Shown here one piece after another: positions 52,350 to 61,598 of a DNA stretch of 64,000 nucleotides. This DNA comes from Methanobacteriota archaeon (GTDB lineage Archaea; Thermoplasmatota; E2; JACPAO01; JAHWKR01), in assembly GCA_019347805.1 (NCBI GenBank), contig JAHWKR010000003.1:1-64000 (forward strand), in the 5' to 3' direction. The notes below the pieces were generated by a model. It did no database searches. It had not been told where the DNA came from and saw only the letters and a program-made list of their open reading frames with translations. The translations under genes were made by a program, and so were the position numbers. Each line of letters begins with the position of its first letter. The first letter of the stretch is position 1.

Positions 52350-53426
52350 ATGGCCGACGCCGACCGCGACGACCGCAACGTCGCGATCCTGATGGACTTC
52401 GAGAACACGAAGGACGCCAACCTGCAGAAGATCCTCTCCCATGCGGCAGCATACGGACAGGTCATCATCCGGCGCGCCTATGCCGACTGGACGCGCCACA
52501 TGAACGCGCAGAACCGGCTGCGCGAGTCGGGTTTTGAGGCGGTGCACCAGTTCACGACCGGCTCGGGGACGAAGAACGCCACCGACATCAACCTGACCGT
52601 GGAATGCATGGACCTGCTCTGGTCGCGCCCGGTCGACGTCTTCGTCCTCGTCACCGCCGATTCCGATTTCGCCAAACTCGCCATGCGTCTGCGTGAGGGC
52701 GGCAAGCAGGTCATCGGCATCGGCGCCAAGGCACGCGTCGGGCGCGCCCTCGTTCAGGCGTGCGACTCTTATCTCTATTATTCGGAAGGCCCGGAAGGCA
52801 AGGGGCGGGAGCGCGGACGTTCGCGCGAACGCAAGGGCAAGGAACCGAAGCCGAAGGAGACCGCCCAGCCGGCCGCCAAGAAGGCGGCGGTGCTCACCGA
52901 CAAGCACAAGGTGGTCCTCAACTCGCTCGAGGCGGCGGCCGACGAGGAGGGGTATGTCTACGGCAGTCCGCTGCACCGCAGCATCAAGCGGCTCTATCCC
53001 GATTTCTCGTACCGCGACTATGGTCATGGCACGTTCCGCGCCTATATCGACTCCCTTTCGCCGGTCATCCACACGGAGACCGACCCGGAGCGCAGCGATT
53101 TCCTGGTCTGGATCGACGAGGCCTACGAGGACATGGCGTGGGAGACCGTCGAGGGGGAGGAACCGGCGACGCCGGCCGCCGCCGCGGCCGAAGGCGTCGT
53201 CCTTGCCGAGGATGTGCAGGACCGCATCAATTCCGATTGGGCGCGTCTTGCCGGAAAGAGCGGCCGGTTGCCGGCGAGCCGCGCCGGCAAGGTCGTCGCC
53301 GAGGAGTATGGGGTCGACCGTCTGCAGGACACGCCGCTTGCGAGCCTCGATGCGGTGCTCGCGGCGGCGCCGAAACTCAAGAAGCGCTGGAAGCGTGAGA
53401 AGAACACGATGGTGCGCCTGTCGTGA
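52350..53426 (+). CDS. NYN-domain (LabA-like) protein with C-terminal OST-HTH/LOTUS domain
   Basis: NVAILMDFEN...RRAYADW...TGSGTKNATDINLTVECMDLLWSRPVDVFVLVTADSDFAKLAMRLREGGKQVIGIG (NYN/PIN-like fold); C-terminal VVLNSLEAAADEEGYVYGSPLHRSIKRLYPDFSYRDYGHGTFRAYIDSL (LOTUS-like). Confidence 0.65.
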   Translation: MADADRDDRNVAILMDFENTKDANLQKILSHAAAYGQVIIRRAYADWTRHMNAQNRLRESGFEAVHQFTTGSGTKNATDINLTVECMDLLWSRPVDVFVLVTADSDFAKLAMRLREGGKQVIGIGAKARVGRALVQACDSYLYYSEGPEGKGRERGRSRERKGKEPKPKETAQPAAKKAAVLTDKHKVVLNSLEAAADEEGYVYGSPLHRSIKRLYPDFSYRDYGHGTFRAYIDSLSPVIHTETDPERSDFLVWIDEAYEDMAWETVEGEEPATPAAAAAEGVVLAEDVQDRINSDWARLAGKSGRLPASRAGKVVAEEYGVDRLQDTPLASLDAVLAAAPKLKKRWKREKNTMVRLS

Positions 53427-54037
53427 AGATCGCGCGGGTCTCTACGGTACCCCCGTCGTCGCTCTTCGGCCTCTTGACGGTGGCGACCGCGTTCCTGTAC
53501 GACATCCGGTTCTTCGGTGAAGCGGGGTTCCTGGACATCCTCCCGGACGTGGTCGGATACACGCTGTTCCTCGTCGCCGGCCTGCGCCTGCGTCACCATG
53601 AGGGATCTGTCGCGCATCGCGTCGTGTGGTCCACCGCCCTTCTCGTCCCCCTCGGCCTCTTCGAGCTCGCCTTCGGGCTCTTGGCCGGCCACTTCGGGCT
53701 CACGAGCGGCGGGTGGCAACTGGGATTCTTCCTCGCCGGGACGGCGGCGGCCATCCTCGAGGTCGTCCTGGTCTGGTCGCTCGCCGGATATGTCGCCGAC
53801 CTCGCCCGGCAGAACGCCGCCTTCGGCCTCATCGGTCGCGCCGTCTTGCGTCGCAACCTCTTCATCGCCTATGTCGTCGTGGCGTGGCTCATGCCGCCGC
53901 CCCAGGTCTTCCGCCTCGGCGAGACCATCGTCCTCGTCCTGGGAGCGTTCGCCGTGGCCCTCTTGGCGCTGCTCTTCGACGAGACCCGCAAACGACTCAG
54001 CGCCGCGGAACCCCCGCCCGCGGAACGGGGCCGTTGA
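53423..54037 (+). CDS. integral membrane protein, hypothetical (5-6 TM)
   Basis: GTG start overlaps the NYN stop (GTGA); hydrophobic throughout. Confidence 0.4.
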   Translation: MKIARVSTVPPSSLFGLLTVATAFLYDIRFFGEAGFLDILPDVVGYTLFLVAGLRLRHHEGSVAHRVVWSTALLVPLGLFELAFGLLAGHFGLTSGGWQLGFFLAGTAAAILEVVLVWSLAGYVADLARQNAAFGLIGRAVLRRNLFIAYVVVAWLMPPPQVFRLGETIVLVLGAFAVALLALLFDETRKRLSAAEPPPAERGR

Positions 54038-54088
54038 GGCCCCCGGACCCGAAACGGCTTCAGCCTCTTCCCCTTGCCGCGCCGCAGG

Positions 54089-56722
54089 ATGCCCCCCGAC
54101 CCCCATGCTCCGCTCCGGGACAATGTCCGTCTGCTCGGCGACGTGCTCGGCCGGACCCTGCGCGAGCAGGAAGGCGCAGCGCTCTACGAGCTGGTCGAGG
54201 CGGTGCGCAAGGCGGCCAAGGAAGCGCGGACCACAGGCGGGCCGTCCGAGGCGCTCTTGGCGCGGCTCATGTCGTTGGACACTGACGATGCGGTCGCCGT
54301 CGCGCGCGCCTTCGCGCAGTTCCTGACGCTCGCCAACATCGCCGAACAGCACCACCGCGTCAGGCGACGGCGGGAGCACAGGCGTGCCGGTTCACCGCCA
54401 CAGCGCGCTTCCTTGCCGGAGGCGTTCGCGCGGCTCCTCGAGGCGGGTGTGGCGCCGGAGGCGTTGCATCGCGCCGCGGTCTCGATGCGGCTCGAACTGG
54501 TCTTGACGGCGCATCCGACCGAGATGACGCGGCGGACGCTCGTCCGCAAGCACCAGCGGGTGGCGCGGCTCCTTGCCGAGCTCGACCATGTCGACCTGGT
54601 GGCACCCGAACGGGCGGCGCTCCATGAGGCGCTCAGGCGCGAGGTGCTCGCCATGTGGCGCACCGACGAGTTGCGCCGCGACCGGCCCACACCGGAAGAC
54701 GAGGCGCGTGCCGGCTATGCGGTCATCGAGCAGACGCTCTGGGAGGTCCTGCCGCGCCATCTGCGCCTGCTCGATGCCGAGTTGCGCACCCTGGTCGGTG
54801 AAGGGCTGCCGATCGATGCCGCACCGTTCCGCATCGGTTCATGGATCGGTGGCGACCGCGACGGCAATCCTCGTGTCACGCCCGAGGTGACGCGGCGGGT
54901 GCTGCTTCTGGCGCGGTGGCTCGCTGCGGACCTCTACCTGCGCGACCTCGACGCCCTTCGGGACGAACTGTCGTTCCAGGACGCGAGCGCGGAGTTGCGC
55001 GCGGTCGTGGGGGATGTGCACGAGCCCTACCGGGCGCTCTTGCGCACCTTGCGCCGGAAGCTCGTCGCGACACGGCGCGCCATCGAACGGCGCCTTGACG
55101 GCGAGGCGCCGGTCGCGGCGGAGACGGTGGAGCGGGCGGCGGACCTGTGGGAACCGCTCCATCTCGCTTGGCGTTCATTGCACGAGACCGGTGCGGGGCT
55201 CGTGGCGGACGCACGGCTCCTCGACGTCCTGCGTCGGATCGCCTGTTTCGGGACGACGCTCGTCTCGCTCGATGTGCGTCAGGAGTCGGACCGGCATGCC
55301 GAAGCGGTGGCGTGGCTCGCGGAAAAAAACGGAGTCCAGGATTATCTGGAACAAGACGAAGAAGGGCGGCAGACCTTCCTCGTCGAACGGCTCGGCACCC
55401 GTCCTGATGTCTCCTGGTCCGAGGCGCCGGACGAAGTGCGTGATGTCCTCGAAACGTGTCGCATCATCGCCGAGGACGGTCCGGAGGGTTTCGGCGCCTA
55501 TGTCATCTCGATGGCGCGGCGTCCGAGTGATGTCCTTGCGGTGGTGTGGTTGCAGGAGGTGGCAGGAGTGGCGCACCCCTTGCGGGTCGTACCGCTTTTC
55601 GAGACCGAGGACGACCTGCGTCATGCCGGCGGGACGCTCGATGCGCTGCTCTCGGTCCCGGCCTATCGCGACATCGTCCGACAGGCGGGTGACCATGTCG
55701 AGGTGATGATCGGCTATTCCGATTCGGCCAAGGACGCCGGCATCCTTGCGGCGTCGTGGGCGCTCTACCGGGCGCAGGAGGAGTTGGTGGCGGTGGCGCG
55801 GCGCCATGGGGTCCGTTTGACGTTGTTCCATGGGCGTGGGGGGACGGTCGGGCGTGGTGGCGGTCCGGCCCATGCCGCCATCTTGGCGCAACCGCCGGGC
55901 TCGGTGGACGGTACGTTGCGGGTCACGGAGCAGGGTGAGGTGGTGCAGTCGCGTTTCGGTCTGCCCGGCATCGCCATGCGTTCGCTCGAGACCTACACGA
56001 CCGCTGTCTTGGAGGCGACCCTCGCACCGGCCGATTCGCCGTCACCGGAGTGGCGCGCGGCCATGGAACGGCTCGCCGAATGGTCCCGTTCTGCCTATCG
56101 CGAGGTGTTGCGTTCGGACGGTTTCGTCGATTATTTCCGCGCCGCGACGCCGGTCGAGGAGTTGGACCGGCTCAACATCGGCAGTCGTCCGGCCAAGCGG
56201 CGCGGCGGCGGCCTGGAGAGCCTGCGCGCCATCCCGTGGGTCTTCGCCTGGACGCAGAACCGGCTCATGGTACCGGCGTGGCTCGGTGTCGGCGATGCAC
56301 TTGGGCGGGCGGAGGAGGAAGGGCTCGAGGGGACGGTGCGCGAGATGGCCGACGGCTGGCCGTTCTTCCGCACGCTCCTGGACCTTTTGGAGATGGGGCT
56401 TGCCAAGGCGGACCGTGGCGTGGCGCGGCTCTATGACACGCGGCTCGTCACGGACCCGACGCGCACCGTCGGCGCCGATCTCTTCGCTCGTTTCGACCAG
56501 ACGTTCGAGGCGGTGCAGAAGGCGGCGGGACATGGACGTGTCCTGGAGGACAATCCGGTCCTGGAGCGCAGCATCGCGGTGCGCAATCCCTACGTCGACC
56601 CGCTCAACCTCTTGCAGGTGGCGCTTCTGGAGCGTGTACGGGCGTCGGACGACCCGCGGCTCGTCGAGGCGCTCCTGCGCACGATGGGCGGTGTGGCGGC
56701 GGGGATGCGCAACACGGGTTGA
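54089..56722 (+). CDS. ppc: phosphoenolpyruvate carboxylase, bacterial/plant-type (Ppc)
   Basis: MPPDPHAPLRDNVRLLGDVLG (PEPC N-terminal motif), VLTAHPTE, ...GYSDSAKDAGILAA..., FHGRGGTVGRGGGP, C-terminal ...RNTG. ~877 aa. Confidence 0.9.
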   Translation: MPPDPHAPLRDNVRLLGDVLGRTLREQEGAALYELVEAVRKAAKEARTTGGPSEALLARLMSLDTDDAVAVARAFAQFLTLANIAEQHHRVRRRREHRRAGSPPQRASLPEAFARLLEAGVAPEALHRAAVSMRLELVLTAHPTEMTRRTLVRKHQRVARLLAELDHVDLVAPERAALHEALRREVLAMWRTDELRRDRPTPEDEARAGYAVIEQTLWEVLPRHLRLLDAELRTLVGEGLPIDAAPFRIGSWIGGDRDGNPRVTPEVTRRVLLLARWLAADLYLRDLDALRDELSFQDASAELRAVVGDVHEPYRALLRTLRRKLVATRRAIERRLDGEAPVAAETVERAADLWEPLHLAWRSLHETGAGLVADARLLDVLRRIACFGTTLVSLDVRQESDRHAEAVAWLAEKNGVQDYLEQDEEGRQTFLVERLGTRPDVSWSEAPDEVRDVLETCRIIAEDGPEGFGAYVISMARRPSDVLAVVWLQEVAGVAHPLRVVPLFETEDDLRHAGGTLDALLSVPAYRDIVRQAGDHVEVMIGYSDSAKDAGILAASWALYRAQEELVAVARRHGVRLTLFHGRGGTVGRGGGPAHAAILAQPPGSVDGTLRVTEQGEVVQSRFGLPGIAMRSLETYTTAVLEATLAPADSPSPEWRAAMERLAEWSRSAYREVLRSDGFVDYFRAATPVEELDRLNIGSRPAKRRGGGLESLRAIPWVFAWTQNRLMVPAWLGVGDALGRAEEEGLEGTVREMADGWPFFRTLLDLLEMGLAKADRGVARLYDTRLVTDPTRTVGADLFARFDQTFEAVQKAAGHGRVLEDNPVLERSIAVRNPYVDPLNLLQVALLERVRASDDPRLVEALLRTMGGVAAGMRNTG

Positions 56723-57574
56723 TCACGACGCCTGGACATCGGGGAACCAGCGGAACCGTCCTGTCCACTCGACGTCGGGGACGACGAGGCCGGCGGTCTG
56801 CGCGTCGGCACAATCGGTCACGCCGGTGACGAGAGCGGCCGGGCTGTCTTCGCGCAGGCTGCATTCGGCGATCCCGGCGAGGGCGGTGGTGTCGACGGTG
56901 TAGTCGATGTGGCCGACGCCGTACGCGTTCTGGTGCCAGAAGCGGTTGGTGCCGGTGATGCGGGACTCGACGGCGGCGTCGACCTTGAAGGCGTGGTCGA
57001 CCTGCGTCCGGTCGCGCGCGGTGCCGTGCGCGGTCGTGAGGCCAGCGGGGTTGGCACGTATGCCGAGGCTCTGTTCGCCTTTGACGACCGGCCAGTCCGC
57101 GAGGGTGAGGAGGACGGCGAGTTCACCCGGCATGGCATGGGCGATGGTCTGGTAGAAGTGGTTGTCCGCGTCGTCGTCGGCGCCGGGCACATCAGGGGCG
57201 TCGATGAGGATGTCGATCTCCCCGGCGGAAAGGGCCTCGCCTTCGATGGCCGCGTCTTCGCAGTGATAGAGGACCACGAGAATCGCCGCGCGGCCGCTCG
57301 CCACGGGCAGTCCGAAGAGCCCTTGGGCGTCGGCAGGGACATAGCCGCTCGGCAAGTGGCGCGCCGCCTGTTGCGGGTCGACGAAGAACAGGACACCGGC
57401 CTCGCGGCAACCGGTGGCGTCCAGCACCACATCGTCCGGGATCCCGGCCGTCGCGGACCGCTCATCCTCGTCACGCGCGTCCGACTGCGCCTCGGTGCAG
57501 CCTGAGAGCGGGAGGACAAGGAACACAAGAAGGACCGCCCGCAGCGGGTGGAACGGACCACGACACCCGACCAT
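56723..57574 (-). CDS. secreted lipoprotein, hypothetical
   Basis: Start MVGCRGPFHPLRAVLLVFLVLPLSGC (lipobox LSGC) at ATG 57574; acidic mature protein. Its stop abuts the ppc stop (tga-tca). Confidence 0.5.
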   Translation of the reverse strand: MVGCRGPFHPLRAVLLVFLVLPLSGCTEAQSDARDEDERSATAGIPDDVVLDATGCREAGVLFFVDPQQAARHLPSGYVPADAQGLFGLPVASGRAAILVVLYHCEDAAIEGEALSAGEIDILIDAPDVPGADDDADNHFYQTIAHAMPGELAVLLTLADWPVVKGEQSLGIRANPAGLTTAHGTARDRTQVDHAFKVDAAVESRITGTNRFWHQNAYGVGHIDYTVDTTALAGIAECSLREDSPAALVTGVTDCADAQTAGLVVPDVEWTGRFRWFPDVQAS

Positions 57575-57727
57575 GCCGGGGACCAGGCGGTCGCCTCTTC
57601 TTCCGGTTTTTGTCGCCGCCCCGGGTCCCGCCGCGCTTTTCCTCTTCTGTCGGGGAGGCCGGACCCTCCAAATGCTCATATACGATGGTACCGGTCTTGA
57701 GCCGCCGGCCGCGGTGGCGGCCAGGAG

Positions 57728-60700
57728 GTGCGTGTGCGCCGGAAAACGGTGGCGACCAGGACGGGGTCTGTGCTCCTCGTGCTCTTGTTCTTGGGCACAT
57801 CGCACGTCGCGTTCCAGACCGCCGCTCATCCCGGTTCGGAGGACGCCGGCTTCTCGGCCGCCTATCGGCTCGAGGGGGAGGCCTACGACTCTGCTCCGGC
57901 TTCGTGCGACCCGGACCCGTCCGGCCAGCACACGACGGTCGGCACGCGGGGCCCGTCGACGGTGGCGGTCCTGCCGCAGGACGGCTGCACGATCTTCTAT
58001 GACGCGGTCGACTTCCCGGTCGATCTCGCGCCCTCCGGTTTCTGGTTGGGGGTGGCGTACGCTTCTCCGGTCGAGGTCGATGTGCGCGTCGTCGCTGATG
58101 GGACACTGGTGGGCCGCGCCGTCGTGACGGTCGACCCGGCCGCACAACCGGACGAGGTCCTGCCGTTCGCCTTCTCGTACGCGGAACCGGTCCCGGCCGG
58201 TGTGCGCGCGCTCTACGTGACGTACCGTGTCGTCTCCGGTCAGGCGGACGCCGACCTGGAGCTCGACGCCCTCGATTGGGTGACGGTCTGCAATGCCGCG
58301 CCGCGTGTCTCGGCGCTCACCGCGAACGGCCTGGACGGGAGCACCTTCGGTTGGGCGGGTCATCCGTACACGCTCGGGGTGGCGGTGACGGACGCCGACG
58401 GGGACCCGGTGACGGTCACCTGGTCGTTCTCGAACGGCACCGTAGGCGGCACATCGGTCTCGCGTTCGTTCGCATCGGTGGGCACCGCGCGCTTCTCGAT
58501 CACGGCCACGGACGACCCGACGCCGCGCTGTCCGGCGGACGAGGCGCGTTCGACGACGTCGGAGGGATGGTTCGAGGTGTTGCCGGATTGGGTCGCCTCC
58601 TCGGACCTCGTGCCCGGGGTGAGTTGTCATGACGGGACCCGCATGGCGTCATGGTCGTCGACGGACACACTGGCGGGTGGTTGCACGTTCTCGGGGGCCG
58701 TGGACACGTCCGGGAACGACCGCTTTGTGAAGCGGTTCTGGTATGAGCGGGACGGCACGGAGCTGGCAGGCACGACGGGGACGACCCTTTCGCTGGATTA
58801 TGATGCGACGACGGTGCCGGACGGCACCCACATGCTGAGCGCCTGCGCCCGCGCGGTGGGCGACATCCACGGCCGGGTCTTCTGTTCCCCCGACTACGTC
58901 TATCTGGACACCGATTGCACGAACAGCCCACCGGTGCTTCTGGGCCTCTTGGCGGACGGGATGGGGTCGAACGGCACGAACGGTTGGCTCGATGTCGTCT
59001 ATTCGTTCTCGGCCAACGCGACGGACCCGGAGGGCGATCCGATCCAGGTCGAATGGACCTGGGACGACGGGCGCACCGGCTCGGGCGACCCGCTGTCGCG
59101 CTCGTTCGCCACGGTGGGGGACCACAACACCACGATCGGGCTGACGGATGACGTTTCGTTGCGCTGTCCGGAACTCTTCGACATGTCTTCTTCCGGGCCG
59201 GCAGGGCCTTTCCGGGTCCTGGACAACGTGACCGTGGTCCTCGATGATCTCGTGCCGGGCACGAGTTGCCATGCTGGCGAGGTGGTCGCTTCGTGGCAGC
59301 CCGACGATGTCATCGCGGGCTCGTGCCTGGTCCGTGCAAGCGTCTTGGGCGACAGCGAGGAGACCTCTTTCATCGATCGGTTGTCGTTGCGGGTCGACGG
59401 GGCCGTCGTGTCCGAGGTGGAGGGGCGCGAACTCGCCATGCCGTACGATGCGACCCTGGTCGCCGACGGCTTGCACTCGCTCCAGGCGTGTGCGTCGTCG
59501 TCCCAGGACAGCCAAGGCCGCCTCTTCTGCAGCGGCGGCTATGCCTATCTCGATGTGGACTGCACGAACCGAGCGCCCGCCTTCACGGGGTTCTCCAACA
59601 ACGGGCTCTTGGGGGGCTCCAAGGGCTGGGTGGGCCATGATTACGTCTTCTTGATGTCGGGGCTGTCGGACCCGGACGGCGATCCGATGTCGGTGGAATG
59701 GAGCTGGGACGACGGGCTCGTCCAGACGGGTCCCGAAGTGACGCGTTCCTTCCCGGCGCTCGGGACGACGACCGCCACGGTCCGCCTGGTCGACGACCCG
59801 AGCGTGCGCTGCCCGGAGATCCAGTCTTTGTCGGTCCAGGAGGACGCGCCCGCGTTCGAGGCGATCGGGGACCTCACGGCGGGTCTTCGTGACCTCGGCG
59901 CGGGGACGAGTTGCGACGACGGGCGGCTCGTGCCGTCATGGCGGGCCGAGGACGTTCTGGCCGTGCGGTGCGGGATCCAGGTCGTGACGGACCTGGCCGG
60001 TCAGGCGGAAGCGATCCTGTCCGAGGTGCGTGTGCGGATCGACGGGACGACGGTCGGGTCGACGACGGACCCGCTCGGTTCGGTGGCATACGACGCCGCC
60101 GTCGTCGCGGACGGTCCACACCGTATGGACGCGTGCGCGACCGCTGTCGGCGATGTGCATGGGAGGGTCTTCTGCGGAGGGGCCTATGACTACTGGGACG
60201 CCGATTGCACGAACCGGCCCCCCTCTGTGTCGGGGTTCGCCACGAACGGCATGGACGGGGGCCGGTTCGGCTGGACCGGTCATGACTACTCGTTCACGGC
60301 GTTCGACCCTGTCGACCCCGACGGAGACCCTGTGACGGTGGAATGGACGTGGAGCGACGGGACCGTGCAGAGCGGGGTGAGTGTGGTCCGGTCGTTCGTC
60401 TCCGGCGGGAGCCACACGGTGTCGGTGCGGCTCTCCGATGATCCGTCTGGCCGATGTCCGCTGTTCCCGTCGCAGACGCTGTCGCTCCATGGCCCGACCT
60501 TCGAGGCGATCCCGGAGTTGCGGCCGTCTCTCCTGGGTCTGGACCCCGGGACGAGTTGCGACCTCGATCACCTGCTCGCGTCGTGGGGGTCGCAGGACCG
60601 CATCCTCGTGCGTTGTCCCGTGGAGGCGGCGATCACGGCGGCGGACGCCCACCTCGGCCTCATCGATACGATCGATCTGCGGATCGACGGCACGCCGTTC

Positions 60701-61507
60701 GTGAACACGACCGGTGCGTCGTTCATCGGGGGGGCCTTCCGGACGGTGGACCACGGTGCGGGGCTGCATGTGCTCGAGGCGTGTGCGACCGCGACGGGGG
60801 ATGTGCACGGCCGGGTCATGTGCAGCGACCCGTACGCGTTCGAGGCGCTCGATTGCCGCAACGTCGAACCGCTCATGGGCGATGTCGTGGGCGACGGCAT
60901 GGGGCAGGGTTCCGTGGTCTGGCGCGGGCATCCCTACGGGTTCCGCATCGGAGCCTTCGGCGACCCGGAGGGCGACCCGGCGACGGTCGAGTGGCGGTGG
61001 TCCGATGGCCAGGTGTCGACCGGGACGTCGGTCACGCGCTCGTTCGCCGCGACAGGGACCTATACGGTCCTGGTGTCGGCCCGCGACGACCCGTCGGCCC
61101 GCTGTCCGGGCGCCCCGACCGGCGCGGTGCCGGTCCGGTCGTTCACGGTCTCCGTGGTCGACGATTGGCAGGTCGTCTGGTTGTCCCCGGGGGCCGATCA
61201 GAGTTGTGCGGCCACGCTCACCGTTCCGACGAACGGTATCGATGACGTCATCGCCGGACCGTGCGCGGTGCAGGTACGTGCCAACGTGGGGGACCTCGCG
61301 GTCTCCCCGTATGTGCGCGGATCGGTCTTCCTCGACGGGGTGACGGTCCACCATGAGGCCGACGGGGACCTTGGTTTCACCTACAACAGCTTCGACCATC
61401 GGTCGGGGGAACGCGTGCTGAAGGCGTGCTTCCGCGCCGAGGGTGATCGTTTCGGCCGCTCCTTCTGCAGTACCGACTACCCTTTCTTCAACGTCGGTTC
61501 CCCTTAG
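57728..61507 (+). CDS. giant secreted protein (1259 aa) with six tandem ~200-aa PKD-like plus Cys-rich modules
   Basis: GTG start preceded by ccaGGAGGtg. Signal peptide. Six repeats of: DCTN(S/R)PP...G...G..GW(L/V/T)GH.Y.F......DP(D/E)GDP..VEW.W(D/S)DG....G...(S/T)RSF...G.........DDPS.RCP (PKD-like W.DG motif), then ..GTSC.DG..V.SW...D..AG.C, then ..VDG..V........YDA..VADG.H...ACA...GD.HGR.FC...Y...D. No C-terminal anchor. Confidence 0.65.
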   Translation: MRVRRKTVATRTGSVLLVLLFLGTSHVAFQTAAHPGSEDAGFSAAYRLEGEAYDSAPASCDPDPSGQHTTVGTRGPSTVAVLPQDGCTIFYDAVDFPVDLAPSGFWLGVAYASPVEVDVRVVADGTLVGRAVVTVDPAAQPDEVLPFAFSYAEPVPAGVRALYVTYRVVSGQADADLELDALDWVTVCNAAPRVSALTANGLDGSTFGWAGHPYTLGVAVTDADGDPVTVTWSFSNGTVGGTSVSRSFASVGTARFSITATDDPTPRCPADEARSTTSEGWFEVLPDWVASSDLVPGVSCHDGTRMASWSSTDTLAGGCTFSGAVDTSGNDRFVKRFWYERDGTELAGTTGTTLSLDYDATTVPDGTHMLSACARAVGDIHGRVFCSPDYVYLDTDCTNSPPVLLGLLADGMGSNGTNGWLDVVYSFSANATDPEGDPIQVEWTWDDGRTGSGDPLSRSFATVGDHNTTIGLTDDVSLRCPELFDMSSSGPAGPFRVLDNVTVVLDDLVPGTSCHAGEVVASWQPDDVIAGSCLVRASVLGDSEETSFIDRLSLRVDGAVVSEVEGRELAMPYDATLVADGLHSLQACASSSQDSQGRLFCSGGYAYLDVDCTNRAPAFTGFSNNGLLGGSKGWVGHDYVFLMSGLSDPDGDPMSVEWSWDDGLVQTGPEVTRSFPALGTTTATVRLVDDPSVRCPEIQSLSVQEDAPAFEAIGDLTAGLRDLGAGTSCDDGRLVPSWRAEDVLAVRCGIQVVTDLAGQAEAILSEVRVRIDGTTVGSTTDPLGSVAYDAAVVADGPHRMDACATAVGDVHGRVFCGGAYDYWDADCTNRPPSVSGFATNGMDGGRFGWTGHDYSFTAFDPVDPDGDPVTVEWTWSDGTVQSGVSVVRSFVSGGSHTVSVRLSDDPSGRCPLFPSQTLSLHGPTFEAIPELRPSLLGLDPGTSCDLDHLLASWGSQDRILVRCPVEAAITAADAHLGLIDTIDLRIDGTPFVNTTGASFIGGAFRTVDHGAGLHVLEACATATGDVHGRVMCSDPYAFEALDCRNVEPLMGDVVGDGMGQGSVVWRGHPYGFRIGAFGDPEGDPATVEWRWSDGQVSTGTSVTRSFAATGTYTVLVSARDDPSARCPGAPTGAVPVRSFTVSVVDDWQVVWLSPGADQSCAATLTVPTNGIDDVIAGPCAVQVRANVGDLAVSPYVRGSVFLDGVTVHHEADGDLGFTYNSFDHRSGERVLKACFRAEGDRFGRSFCSTDYPFFNVGSP

Positions 61508-61598
61508 CGACAGGCCGCTTACCGAAGTCGGCTCGCCTCGGCGACAGAACGCTTTTCAACATGGTGTCGGATGCCCTTGTCCGGGGTGCGTCCCCAGG

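Noticed and set aside
53123-54379. 418-aa minus-strand ORF antisense to the NYN, membrane and ppc genes
   Set aside because: Spans three sense genes with motif support; Arg/Glu-rich artefact.
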